From an uncultured delta proteobacterium (GTDB lineage Bacteria; Desulfobacterota; Syntrophobacteria; BM002): DNA of 33,893 nucleotides. Positions 18,465 through 28,307 of the stretch are shown piece after piece; position 1 is the stretch's first letter, and each line of letters begins with the position of its first letter. The translations under genes were made by a program, and so were the position numbers. The stretch lies in contig CAVQGX010000036.1 in NCBI GenBank assembly GCA_963712115.1, positions 1 to 33,893 of the forward strand. The letters run 5' to 3'. The notes under the pieces were generated by a model, which ran no database searches, was not told the origin of the DNA, and saw nothing but the letters and a program-made list of their open reading frames with translations.

Positions 18465-19480
18465 ATGTATTATACTGGGATTGATTTACACAAGAAAACA
18501 TCTTTTATTACTACTATCGATGCAGATGGAAAGATCGTCACCCGAGCCAACCTGCAGAATGTAGAAGAGGACATTTTGGCTTACTTTGCGACCCTAGCAA
18601 AGAGAGCAAAATCGTCATTGAATCTATGTCCTCGTGGTACTGGCTTTATGATCTTCTGACTGGAGAAGGTTTTGAGGTTGCGATCTCCAATCCAGTGAAG
18701 ACCAAGGCCATTGCTTCGGCCAAGATCAAAAACGACAAGATAGACTCTCATATGCTGGCTCAGCTTCTAAGGGCTGATTTGATCTCTACCGTTCATGTAA
18801 GCAGCCTTGAGACACGCAAACTCAAGGAACTACTTCGTCATAGAAGCAGATTGGTTCGAGATGCCACCCGCATGAAGAACCGTATTCATATGCTTTTGAT
18901 GAAGAATAATTTCAGAAGTCCTTTTAGCGATCTTTTTGGTATTCAGGGATTGAGCTATATCAAAGAGATTGACTTGCCAGATTACCACCGCCGACAAGTC
19001 GAGACTTATCTTTCACTTTATCAAGGGCTCCAAGAGCAGATTGAGCCTTTAAGCAAAAGAGTCCGTGTCCTGGCAAAGGAAAACCATACAGCCCAGCTTC
19101 TTATGACTATCCCTGGCATTGGACCTATCACAGCCATGTTCATTGTAGCGGAGGTAGACGATATCTCCCGCTTTCGCTCATATCGGAACCTGGCTTCTTA
19201 CGCTGGTCTGGTGCCTTGTTTAGATGCCAGTGCTGGCAAAGAGAAAAGGGGCAGGATAACCAAACAAGGATCCCGCTACCTGCGCACCGCCCTGGTCGAA
19301 GCTGCCCAGGCTGCAGCCAGAATGCAAAATTGCCGCTTGCGTGTTTTCTTCCGCAGAAGAATCGTCAAGGCTGGCTATCAAAAGGCCATTGTGGCCACAG
19401 CCCATAAGATCTTGCAGTACGCCTTCTACGTTTGGAAAAACCAAACACCTTATCAGGAGACTTATCCTGTTTGTGCGTAA
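18465..19480 (+). pseudogene. IS110 DEDD transposase/recombinase, frameshifted
   Basis: GIDLHK in one frame; KIVIES, KNDKID, IPGIG, YAGLVP..DASAGK and GSRYLRTAL in the next frame; shift at ~18598-18610. Confidence 0.88.
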
Positions 19481-19640
19481 CCCGTTAATTTACATGGCCC
19501 ATGAAAGGTGAGGCCGGCAGAGTGATTGGGACGCCGTTTATCAGATACATGATAGTGTGACACCTTTGGGTGAACACGGATAGGTGTTTGGCGATGAGCC
19601 CAATATCGTGGTTACAAGCGGGCAGCTACAGAGATCTTTG
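19481..19640 (+). ncRNA. Predicted bridge/seek RNA of the IS
   Basis: Two stem-bounded loops; TTAATTTACA and AGAGTG match the target flanks, ATAGGTG matches the IS right end. Confidence 0.75.
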
Positions 19641-19856
19641 ACTTGACAAACAGCTTTTTCATAGGTGTAAATTAAGGGATGTTATGTTTAGTCCTATCGA
19701 ACCAATAGGAAACTTTCTATAACTCGATCTTAAAGTCACTTCTTCCTTGGATCGATGTTCGATTTCTTGGATCAATACTTCGGTACACTTCTTGCTCTCC
19801 AAAAACCTATAAGCAGCATTTGTTACAAACATAGAAGCCAGAATTGATTCACAGCA

Positions 19857-20489
19857 ATGAAATGTAAGCCTTTGCCTGGTAAGGAGATCTGGATAGGCGT
19901 GACCAATAAAACAGCGATAGCGTACATTGTTTTGAATCCAGAGAAAAGGCAGCAGGACGTGCATATTCGGTTACCCTTTCTTAATAGGTTGTGTCTAAAC
20001 TTTGCACTTACATTTATCATTAGCTTGATACTTTGTTGTGGCTCAAAGTCTGTCAGCCACCGTGACCACGCTGAGATACAACAAACGCCAAAGAATAATG
20101 CCCTGTCTGTCACTGGACGCAATCCGGGCGTTATGGCGGCTTCATTGGCTAGTAGGCAAGTAGGGGTCCCGTACCGCTATGGTGGCAGTTCACCATCTGG
20201 TTTCGACTGCAGCGGACTCGTACAATATGTATATGGTAAATTGGGTGTGAATTTGCCGCGAAAGTCAAGAGAAATGGCTGGCGTGGGACAACTGGTGCCC
20301 GTACATGCACTTCTTCCGGGCGACCTTGTGTTTTTCAGAGTCAACAAACGTCGCGTTTCACATGTCGGCATCTATGTGGGCAATGACAAGTTTGTCCACG
20401 CCACGAAGTCAGGTGATCCGGTAAGGAAAGACAGCATAACAAATCCGTGGTGGCAGGAACGGTTTGTGGTCGGCAGGAGACTCTTTTAG
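19857..20489 (+). CDS. NlpC/P60 (C40) peptidoglycan endopeptidase
   Basis: GVPYRYGG..PSGFDCSGLV, PGDLVFF, SHVGIYVG..FVHA. True start is probably downstream of 19857. Confidence 0.9.
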   Translation: MKCKPLPGKEIWIGVTNKTAIAYIVLNPEKRQQDVHIRLPFLNRLCLNFALTFIISLILCCGSKSVSHRDHAEIQQTPKNNALSVTGRNPGVMAASLASRQVGVPYRYGGSSPSGFDCSGLVQYVYGKLGVNLPRKSREMAGVGQLVPVHALLPGDLVFFRVNKRRVSHVGIYVGNDKFVHATKSGDPVRKDSITNPWWQERFVVGRRLF

Positions 20490-20590
20490 GATCTAACCCG
20501 GAGCGGCATCTTACTAATCCAGTCAATATTATTAAAGTCCGCCCACCAGGAACTCCTACCACATTCTGTACTCGGGTCTTAAAAGCAGAA

Positions 20591-20619
20591 AGTGGCGATT
20601 AAGGGATGGAATCTCTAGT
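20591..20619 (+). repeat. B-type site B7 (degenerate arms)
   Basis: AGTGGCGATTA-AGGGATG-GAATCTCTAGT. Confidence 0.75.
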
Positions 20620-20825
20620 TCGCACCTCGCAATTTAAGCCCACCTAAACCGCCTTAAGACTACACTTTCGCTTGACAGCAAAAGCCTACGTCGCCTAATC
20701 TGAAACTAGTTCAATTCTCCCATTCTAGCGCATTCTCAAGCGACCATATCTGACCTGCCGCTGCCCTGCTTAAGCTCCCAGCGTTGTTTAGTCTGTCCTC
20801 TCCAACGTTTCTAGGAGGTATTGGC

Positions 20826-22718
20826 ATGGCTACAGAAGACTTTAAACGTAAACTCACGGCCATACTAAGTGCCGATGTTAAAGGTTACAGTCGCCTCATG
20901 GGCGAAGACGAGGAAGCCACGGTCCGCACCATAACCGCCCACCGCAAGGTGATAACCTCGGTGATCGAAAAATACCGGGGCCGGGTGGTGGACTCGCCGG
21001 GAGACAACATCCTGGCAGAGTTTGTCAGTGTGGTGGATGCAGTGCAGAGTGCGGTGGAGATTCAGGAGGTGATCAGAGCCAAGAATGCTGAACTGCCTGA
21101 CGAGCGCAAGATGGAGTTTCGCATTGGAGTCAACCTTGGTGATGTGATCCAGGAGGGAGAGCGCATCTACGGTGATGGGGTCAACATCGCTGCCCGGGTG
21201 GAGGGCCTGGCAGAGGCGGGAGGCATCTGCATCTCGGGTAGTGCCTACGAGCAGATCGAGAACAAGCTGGCCTTAGGCTATGATTACATAGGTGAACACA
21301 CCGTAAAAAACATCGTCAAACCCATACGGGTATACAGGGTGCCAACCGGGCCCGAAACACTCCAACAGGTCACTGAAGAGAAAAGGCCCGCCCCGAGTTG
21401 GCAGCGAGCAGCTATCGCAGTGGTGATAGCACTCCTAGTTGTAGCAGGGGGCGTAGCGATTTGGAAATCTTCCCGATCTCCTACCTCTCCTCCAATTGAG
21501 GCTGCCTCCGTTGAGAAGATGGCATATCCTCTGCCTGACAAGCCCTCCATTGCAATCCTGCCCTTTAACAACCTGAGCGACGACCCTGAGCAGGAATATT
21601 TCAGCGACGGTCTCACTGAGGACATCATTTCTGCACTTAGCGGGGTTCCAAAGCTTTTTGTTATTGCTCGAAACTCCACCTTCACCTACAAGGGCAAACC
21701 CGTAAAGGCTCAGCAAGTGGCGGAAGAACTGGGGGTTCGCTATGTTTTAGAGGGGAGCGTTAGAAAGTCTGGAGACAAGGTACGCATAACAGCCCAGTTG
21801 GTCGATGCACTTAATGGGCACCATTTATGGGCGAAGCGCTATGACCGGAATATTAGCGACATATTCGCCGTTCAAGACGAGATCACCCAAAAAATCATCA
21901 CGGCCATGCAGGTAAAGCTGACGGAGGGAGAGGAAGTAAAAGCTGCCGCAAAAGGCACAAATAACCTTGAAGCCTATCTAAAGTACTTGCAAGCCAATGA
22001 GCTTATTAATCGGATTAATCCTGAGAGTAATGCTCTGGCAAAGCAATTGGCAGAAGAAGCCATTGCCTTAGACCAGGATTATGCTTGGGCATACTATGTT
22101 CTAGCTAGATCCTACACGTTGGATGCGTGGCTTGGCACGAGTAAATCCCCTAAACAGTCTATAGCCAAGGCTATGGAGTTGTTCCAAAAGGCTCTTGTTT
22201 TGGATGACACTTTTGCTGAAGCACATGGCAGGTTGGGTTTCCTATATTCAATGACAGGGCAGTATGATAAGTCCATTGACGAAGCTGAGAAGGCTGTGGC
22301 CCTTAATCCCAATTCAGCTACAGCCCATTTTTATCTGGGTAAGGTACTTACTTTTGTTGGAAGGTACGAGGAATCCATTCCGGAGTATCAGATAGCGATA
22401 CGTCTTAATCCTATCCCGCCGAGTGCATTCCCATGGAGTTTAGGATTGTCCTACGCCTATATGGGGCAATACGAGGAGGCAATAACATGGTGTGAAAAAG
22501 CGGTTCGCCAAGAGCCTAATGATCTATTAGCCCGTATTATGATGACAGCGGTTTATAGCCTGTCAGGACGGGATGAGGAAGCTCGGGCTGAAGCAGCTGA
22601 AGTGCTTAGGATACAACCCAAGTTTTCTCTGGAGAAATATGCAAAGAGAGTCACATATAAGAACGAAGAGACTAAAGAGCGGTATATTACCGCGTTACGT
22701 AATGCAGGGCTGAAGTGA
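20826..22718 (+). CDS. Class III adenylate/guanylate cyclase - TM - TolB-like - TPR protein
   Basis: ADVKGYS, GDN, FRIGVNLGDV, IYGDGVNIAAR; PSIAILPF..LS.D..QEYFSDG; TPRs. ATG 20826 follows AGGAGG. Confidence 0.93.
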   Translation: MATEDFKRKLTAILSADVKGYSRLMGEDEEATVRTITAHRKVITSVIEKYRGRVVDSPGDNILAEFVSVVDAVQSAVEIQEVIRAKNAELPDERKMEFRIGVNLGDVIQEGERIYGDGVNIAARVEGLAEAGGICISGSAYEQIENKLALGYDYIGEHTVKNIVKPIRVYRVPTGPETLQQVTEEKRPAPSWQRAAIAVVIALLVVAGGVAIWKSSRSPTSPPIEAASVEKMAYPLPDKPSIAILPFNNLSDDPEQEYFSDGLTEDIISALSGVPKLFVIARNSTFTYKGKPVKAQQVAEELGVRYVLEGSVRKSGDKVRITAQLVDALNGHHLWAKRYDRNISDIFAVQDEITQKIITAMQVKLTEGEEVKAAAKGTNNLEAYLKYLQANELINRINPESNALAKQLAEEAIALDQDYAWAYYVLARSYTLDAWLGTSKSPKQSIAKAMELFQKALVLDDTFAEAHGRLGFLYSMTGQYDKSIDEAEKAVALNPNSATAHFYLGKVLTFVGRYEESIPEYQIAIRLNPIPPSAFPWSLGLSYAYMGQYEEAITWCEKAVRQEPNDLLARIMMTAVYSLSGRDEEARAEAAEVLRIQPKFSLEKYAKRVTYKNEETKERYITALRNAGLK

Positions 22719-22822
22719 GGGGACGAATCAGAGAGGGCAAGACTGACACCCCGTTTTTTTCCGATCTGATCATGTCTGGCAAATGCCAGGGTTTTGATCA
22801 CAATCCGCAGAAGTCTTCCGAG

Positions 22823-22932
22823 AATGTAGATAACATACTTTAATCCACACTTTTCCTTTTAAGAAACAGCTACCACATTTTGTGCGAGAGTGAAATCCAG
22901 CATAGTGTGAATTAAGGGATGTAATGTACACT
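22823..22932 (+). repeat. Complete short A-linker-B unit
   Basis: A core 22830-22844, B core 22911-22925; 96 bp between outer core ends; lacks the internal hairpin. Confidence 0.92.
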
Positions 22933-23541
22933 TTGGCTGTGCTCGAGGTCAGTTCAGATTACTCACCAATGTCTGCACTCGACACCTTCCCTCTGCAGAA
23001 CGACATAATACCAAAAATCTTGGTCTTTCGAGAAGTTCCTTCAATAATAAATGTAAATTTCAAAAAATCTCAGTGTGGTATAATAACTACCACATCTTAG
23101 TACGCTAACTCTCTAGTGTACCTCAGCAATTGACATTAATTGTTAAGTTAATATCGTTAGCTTTTCGTCTTAACAACATTGTAATATCCCGTAATTAATG
23201 ATGTTGTAACTCCGAATTGTTTTAAAAATACCTCTTCGAGTCTCCAGATTTAATCAACAATGGTGGTTTTATGTATTGACACGTCTTACGATTAGCCTTA
23301 TATTGTAACTAGATCAAATTTTAACTTAAATTACCACTAATTCTGTAGTCATTTTTCTTAGCACTCTGGAGTGAGTCATGTGGTGGGGTATCTAAAAAGT
23401 GATGATATGACGCCTCTGGGGAGGTTATTGTAGCTCATTGGAGGCTCGACACCAAATTTACCACAAAGGGGGGTGATAAAGGGTAATTCATTGCTGTATG
23501 GTGATCTTTAGAAGTTGTGATTGTAAACAAAAAAAACATAA

Positions 23542-23937
23542 ATGGAGAAGAATATGAAAAGAGCGACTATCATTTCTTTTGCTTTGATTCTGGGTTTTTG
23601 TCTGGTAGCAGGTGCTTTTGCTGCAGATAAAGATGCTATTCAGAAACAAGTAGATGAAATTGTTGTATCCATCGATAGCGGAAAAAAAGCTGATGACTTT
23701 AAGAGCGCAGCACAAAATAAGCCCAACTATGTATTTATAATGGAAGAAGGTGGACAGATGTTGGTGCATCCGTCATTAGTTGGGCAAAGCCTTAAGGATA
23801 AAGCAGAGCCTGTTTATAATGAGTGTAGTAAAGCGACTACCGATGGTAGATGGGTTGAATATGAGTGGCAAGGGAAGCAAAAAAACACTTATGTAAGAAA
23901 AACCAAGGACGGTTTGATAGTAGGAAGTGGATACTAA
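23542..23937 (+). CDS. Secreted single Cache-like domain protein
   Basis: Signal peptide (AGAFA); YVFIM...MLVHP.LVG.., G.WVEYEW..K.TYV...VGSGY. Start may be ATG 23554. Confidence 0.8.
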   Translation: MEKNMKRATIISFALILGFCLVAGAFAADKDAIQKQVDEIVVSIDSGKKADDFKSAAQNKPNYVFIMEEGGQMLVHPSLVGQSLKDKAEPVYNECSKATTDGRWVEYEWQGKQKNTYVRKTKDGLIVGSGY

Positions 23938-23992
23938 GAGTAATTGATTTTTGTCTAAGTATCTTGTTTTAAAGGTTTTAAAGAAATCGTGG

Positions 23993-24034
23993 TGTCGCCC
24001 ATAGAAATTATTGTTTTATGGGCGACATTTTTTT
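23993..24034 (+). terminator. Intrinsic terminator
   Basis: TGTCGCCCATA...TATGGGCGACA plus T7. Confidence 0.85.
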
Positions 24035-24108
24035 CATATGGAGCCTCTTTCAAGAACTCAAAACTCCTGAAGATCATCGTCCTCAGATGACTCGAAGGTA
24101 AAGACTGC

Positions 24109-24172
24109 TTCTAACCACTTAATGCAGCGGACGCGGTAAATTGTACCGCAAGATTTCAACCTTCCGTTAGCA
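24109..24172 (+). other. Degenerate attC-like site
   Basis: TTCTAAC...ATGCAGCGGACGCGG-hairpin-CCGC...GTTAGCA; L' box not intact. Confidence 0.4.
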
Positions 24173-24225
24173 TATTAAGTCCGCATCGGTCTCCCGAAAG
24201 TTCACATACCCTAGAAGCCTATTCA

Positions 24226-25701
24226 CTAATGCCTCAAGTCTCTTGATCTATCAGAGTTTATTCCATATTTCTGAAGGATACTCTGACCATTTTGATCTAC
24301 TTTATTCTTTTCCAATACTATTCGATAACCCATTTCGTCCAATATAACGTGGTATTTCCCTCTATAACTTTCAAACGCATTTACTAAATCATTCATGTTG
24401 GCAATTCGTTTACCATTAACATAAGATACAATTTTGTCATGTACGTTATGGTAGCCCACGTTAATCTCGTCAGCAAGAACTTTTGACAAGATAACCATTT
24501 CTCTCTTGTCTTCGGTGGGTTGTCCATAATAGTATTGATTTAACAAATTTTTTGAAGCCTCATGATGCCACTTATCTCCCCACAATTTTAGGAAGTTTAC
24601 CGTCAATGGCTGAAATACCAAGCCCCCCAGAATAAAATATGTGGGGGCCACGTCATATTGTTCATACGGAACTAATTGGAGCGGATTCGAAGGCTTGGAT
24701 AGTTTCGCCCTAAGGGTTATTATTTTATTCTTTCTTAATACATCAAACTCTACTGTATCATTGATATATTTATTTTGAATTAGATAATTAAAAGATGTCC
24801 TTTCCCCCTCCCTAAACTCTATTGTCCCATCGTTTTCGACAGTTTTTCCATCAATTGAAAGAATAATATCTTCTGTTTCAAGTATCCCCTTGGCTGGGGA
24901 ATCGGGATAAATATTGTATACCAACACCCCAGTCTGTTGGGCGGTCATATCATATTTGCGCTTTATGTCAGGATTCTCCATATCTTGCCAGGCTATCCCA
25001 AGATTTGGTATTCCGTCATACTTGCCGTCTCTTATGTCAGTCAAAAAATGGTCAACGATAGGAGTTGGAACCATATAGCCAATATTCTCAGCATCGTTCC
25101 CTGATCTAGACTGAAAGGCTACTCCAACTAGTTTGTCACCCCTGATTACAGGGCCACCACTATTACCAGAGTTAATTGCAGCATCAATTTGGCAAGCTAA
25201 TAAATCGGCCATGCTGTGGGTATATTTACGATTCTCAACTCTAGAAACAACCCCTTCGGTAATGGACAATTTATCGCCACCTTCTGGAAAGCCGTAAACT
25301 GCAACCTTATCCCGAATTTCTGCCAGAGATCCGATGTCGATGGGTTTGACACCAGAGAAGAATGAATCATCATTTACTTTGAGGATAGCAAGGTCACACT
25401 CGTGAGCTACAACTTCTACTTCTGCTGTATACTTCTTCGCCTCTCCTGCTCTCCTCACCTGAATAAATGTCTGATTTGCTACCACGTGGGCATTCGTTAG
25501 GATTCTTTTCCCTCTAATAATACATCCAGAGCCGTTTCGCGAATTTTGCCCCATCTTTTGCCAGGGCTCATAGTAGTCATATTTATTAGTCACAGTGTAT
25601 ATTTTTACCACTGCATCTTTTATATATCTATTTGCCCATGCAGTTGGGGTACTAGCGAAACTTAAGATCATCACCAAAAAAATCATTTTGCTGCATTTCA
25701 T
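24226..25701 (-). CDS. HtrA/Deg-family serine protease with PDZ domains (Deg2/Deg9-like architecture)
   Basis: TNAHVV, CDLA, AINSGNSGGP triad; PDZ; signal peptide; GGAGG RBS. Confidence 0.93.
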   Translation of the reverse strand: MKCSKMIFLVMILSFASTPTAWANRYIKDAVVKIYTVTNKYDYYEPWQKMGQNSRNGSGCIIRGKRILTNAHVVANQTFIQVRRAGEAKKYTAEVEVVAHECDLAILKVNDDSFFSGVKPIDIGSLAEIRDKVAVYGFPEGGDKLSITEGVVSRVENRKYTHSMADLLACQIDAAINSGNSGGPVIRGDKLVGVAFQSRSGNDAENIGYMVPTPIVDHFLTDIRDGKYDGIPNLGIAWQDMENPDIKRKYDMTAQQTGVLVYNIYPDSPAKGILETEDIILSIDGKTVENDGTIEFREGERTSFNYLIQNKYINDTVEFDVLRKNKIITLRAKLSKPSNPLQLVPYEQYDVAPTYFILGGLVFQPLTVNFLKLWGDKWHHEASKNLLNQYYYGQPTEDKREMVILSKVLADEINVGYHNVHDKIVSYVNGKRIANMNDLVNAFESYRGKYHVILDEMGYRIVLEKNKVDQNGQSILQKYGINSDRSRDLRH

Positions 25702-25797
25702 TATCGCCTCCAGTGGGAGGAGTATTTCCTATTGAACAAAGATAGCGTCACTCTTGGCAAAACAGGACTATTGTGATGAAACAACCAAATGAATTTA

Positions 25798-25813
25798 AGC
25801 AAAAGCAATGCCA
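25798..25813 (-). promoter_or_regulatory. Sigma-54 promoter
   Basis: Minus strand TGGCAT-TGCTT-TTGCT upstream of the protease. Confidence 0.8.
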
Positions 25814-25974
25814 AGTTCAACGTTGAGATTCTGCTTTGATATAAGCCTACTTTAAAAAGACCATATATGGTGGGGCAATCTTACCAATTGAGGGATAATC
25901 AATGAGGTTTTCTATGAGGTATGATCTTATCCGAATTTGATCTTTGACCCCTAACTCCGCATCAGTCTTCTGAA

Positions 25975-26141
25975 AGTTCACATTACATACTTTAATGCAC
26001 ACTTCTCCTCTTGAAACCAAGCTACAATATGTAGGTTTAAACTAAGAAAAAGCGGAGTTTTTTGCTCCGCTTTTTTCTTCTCAACACCTTGTGTCTGAAC
26101 AAACCTTAGTGAAGTGTGAATTAAGGGATGTAATACAAAGT
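25975..26141 (+). repeat. Complete A-linker-B unit
   Basis: A core 25982-25996, hairpin gcggagttttttgctccgc, B core 26120-26134; 153 bp. Confidence 0.93.
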
Positions 26142-26336
26142 CTGCTCCTGCCCTTCCATGCTATCATCTACCTATTGCTGCTATCCCTTTTCTTATGGTA
26201 AATTGCCAACTTGGTAGGGTTTTCCACCATGACCCTGCCCTAATCGGCTATGCCCTCGCTGGCCTTCGTTGCCTCGGTCAGTGGGGGCTTTTTTACTTCT
26301 CTGCTGCCTCTGCTCTCAAATGAGACCCTAAACCCA

Positions 26337-26352
26337 TGGCATATTTCCTGCA
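26337..26352 (+). promoter_or_regulatory. Probable sigma-54 promoter
   Basis: TGGCAT-ATTTC-CTGCA. Confidence 0.55.
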
Positions 26353-26398
26353 AACTTAAGCAAGCTAAGAGGAGCACTTTTATACGCGGAGTAACACT

Positions 26399-26815
26399 AT
26401 GGTTGAAAAAGAAAAACGCACACATCATAGAGCCAAGTTTAAATGGCCTGTCTTGGCAAAAGTCGATGGCAAAGTAATAGAAGGAGTAACGAAAGACATT
26501 AGTGCAAGTGGGGCTTATGTGTGTTGTGCCAATCCTCCAAAATTAAACACAGTATTTGATCTGGCCATCAAAGCACCAGAAAAGAAACTGAAGGTTAAAG
26601 CTGAAGTAATCTGGTCTAATATCTACGGACCTGATGACGAGATTAACCCTCGTGGTATGGGGGTTCGTTTCCTGAATATCTCCAGCGATGACAGAAAAGT
26701 CATAGCCAAGGAAATATTGCAACATCTAAAGCCGGACGAGGAGATAGATGGCAATCAGTTGAAGGCACTAAAGACCCTAACCATACACCCAAAAGACATT
26801 GGTCCAAAACACTAG
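26399..26815 (+). CDS. PilZ domain protein
   Basis: KRTHHR, DISASG, GMGVRF. Confidence 0.9.
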   Translation: MVEKEKRTHHRAKFKWPVLAKVDGKVIEGVTKDISASGAYVCCANPPKLNTVFDLAIKAPEKKLKVKAEVIWSNIYGPDDEINPRGMGVRFLNISSDDRKVIAKEILQHLKPDEEIDGNQLKALKTLTIHPKDIGPKH

Positions 26816-26867
26816 ATGGTGCTACAAGAGATTTAAAGCCCCCTTGTGCAACTTGTATGACAGGGGA

Positions 26868-28070
26868 CTAGACAAGCGCCTCCCCGTAAAGGAAGTTGTT
26901 GAGTTTCTTGCTGTCAGAGTCTGTCATACCGAGGAACTTGATACCTAAGAGTGTCGTGTTTTTTTCTATTTCATTGAGCATAGCCCGCCGTACAATACCT
27001 GCACTCCGAATCTTTCCCAGGTCTGATTCAAAATCAATTTCTAAGAGGACTTGGTCATTTAGCTGAAATTCTTCTGGCTCGGCCTTTGGTACTTTTACTA
27101 AAATTCCATTTTTTGAGATGTCAACCGATTCAGCCTTGCAAGATCTGCTCTTTCTTTGATCAGTCGGTGTGGTTTTGGGCATCATAATAATCAATACCGG
27201 AAGCTGCTCATTAAAGCGAGGATCACGCCTTCGTTCCTCCATTCCAATCTCGGACCGTTTTACTTTAATCTTTTTCAGCCGATCAACGTAATGTTTCAAC
27301 AACACATCCTTAACGGCAGGATTCTCCCGTACAAGCTCCTTCATGGAGTCATAACTGAGTTCCATGATCATAGTGGAGTCTATTGCCGCAACGGAGGCTA
27401 TACGAGGTTTACCAGTCAAAAGAGATATCTCTCCGAAAAACTCACTCTTGCTAAGTATATCAAGCTCTAGCTCACTGCCATGATGGTCTCTCTGAAAAAA
27501 CTTAACCCTACCATTTAAAACAACATATATTGATCTGCCTGGGTCTCCTTCCCTTATGATCATCTCTCCGGCTTTAAAACCATGAAGCGTGGCAGCATCC
27601 GTCAGCTTATTACGTTCCACCGTATCTAAAGAAGGGAAAAAAGGTATAGCTGATAGTACATCCTGAAGTCGTTCGGTCCAGAACACTTCTTTTTCTTTCT
27701 CAGCAAGAATATCCAAGTCCGCTGCTGATGCTGATAAGATTTCCACAGTGTTGGTTAATTTATGACTATCCTCGGGAGTTTCTTTCTCGATGAAGCTAAA
27801 CTCAACTTCTCCCAGTTTGAAAGTGTCGTTAGACCTAAGAATAAATTTATCAACTCGCTTGCCACCGATCACAATGCCATTTGCACTTTTTAGGTCCTCA
27901 ACTACCCAGATGTCTCCCTTGAAAGAAACTTTTGCATGATTACGTGACACACTCGGAACCGGAATAGTAATAGTATTGTCATAACCCCGCCCGATCGTTG
28001 TCGGTCCTTGTAATCGATAGACGGTCTTTTTCTGAAATCCAATTTGAAAAGAGAGATAGCAATTTGTCAT
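26868..28070 (-). CDS. FHA - cNMP-binding - PilZ multidomain protein
   Basis: IGRG..N...VSRNHA..DLKSANG; FFGEISLL..KPRIASV; ERRRDPR and DISKNG. Confidence 0.92.
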   Translation of the reverse strand: MTNCYLSFQIGFQKKTVYRLQGPTTIGRGYDNTITIPVPSVSRNHAKVSFKGDIWVVEDLKSANGIVIGGKRVDKFILRSNDTFKLGEVEFSFIEKETPEDSHKLTNTVEILSASAADLDILAEKEKEVFWTERLQDVLSAIPFFPSLDTVERNKLTDAATLHGFKAGEMIIREGDPGRSIYVVLNGRVKFFQRDHHGSELELDILSKSEFFGEISLLTGKPRIASVAAIDSTMIMELSYDSMKELVRENPAVKDVLLKHYVDRLKKIKVKRSEIGMEERRRDPRFNEQLPVLIIMMPKTTPTDQRKSRSCKAESVDISKNGILVKVPKAEPEEFQLNDQVLLEIDFESDLGKIRSAGIVRRAMLNEIEKNTTLLGIKFLGMTDSDSKKLNNFLYGEALV

Positions 28071-28247
28071 GCAGACGTCCCCTAGGACACTTTCAGCAAG
28101 ATATGTAGCTAAGCGACAAATTCGATTGTAGTTTCTATTTAGATGGCGGCAGCATAGCTTCCTAAGAAGTTTCTACCCCAGCAAAGTATAACGTATTCCA
28201 TGCTTTTTTGATTTGTCGCATGATCCTCTCCAGAACTATCCCCAAAA

Positions 28248-28263
28248 AGCAATAAAAGTGCCA
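28248..28263 (-). promoter_or_regulatory. Sigma-54 promoter
   Basis: Minus strand TGGCAC-TTTTA-TTGCT. Confidence 0.8.
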
Positions 28264-28307
28264 ATCTGTAAGTATTAAATGTTCAGCGCAAGGAATCAGG
28301 TAGAAAA

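Larger units (their letters stand above)
18380..19667 (+). mobile_element. IS110-family insertion sequence, IS1111 subgroup
   Basis: Perfect sub-terminal IRs TATGAAAAAGCT (18384-18395) / AGCTTTTTCATA (19652-19663); GTG at both junctions; TTGACA at 19643-19648 near the right end; ~185-nt 3' non-coding region. Confidence 0.92.

Noticed and set aside
22933-23540. Long AT-rich leader before the Cache gene as a riboswitch
   Set aside because: No recognisable aptamer motif; it looks like a promoter and regulator-binding region that I cannot assign.
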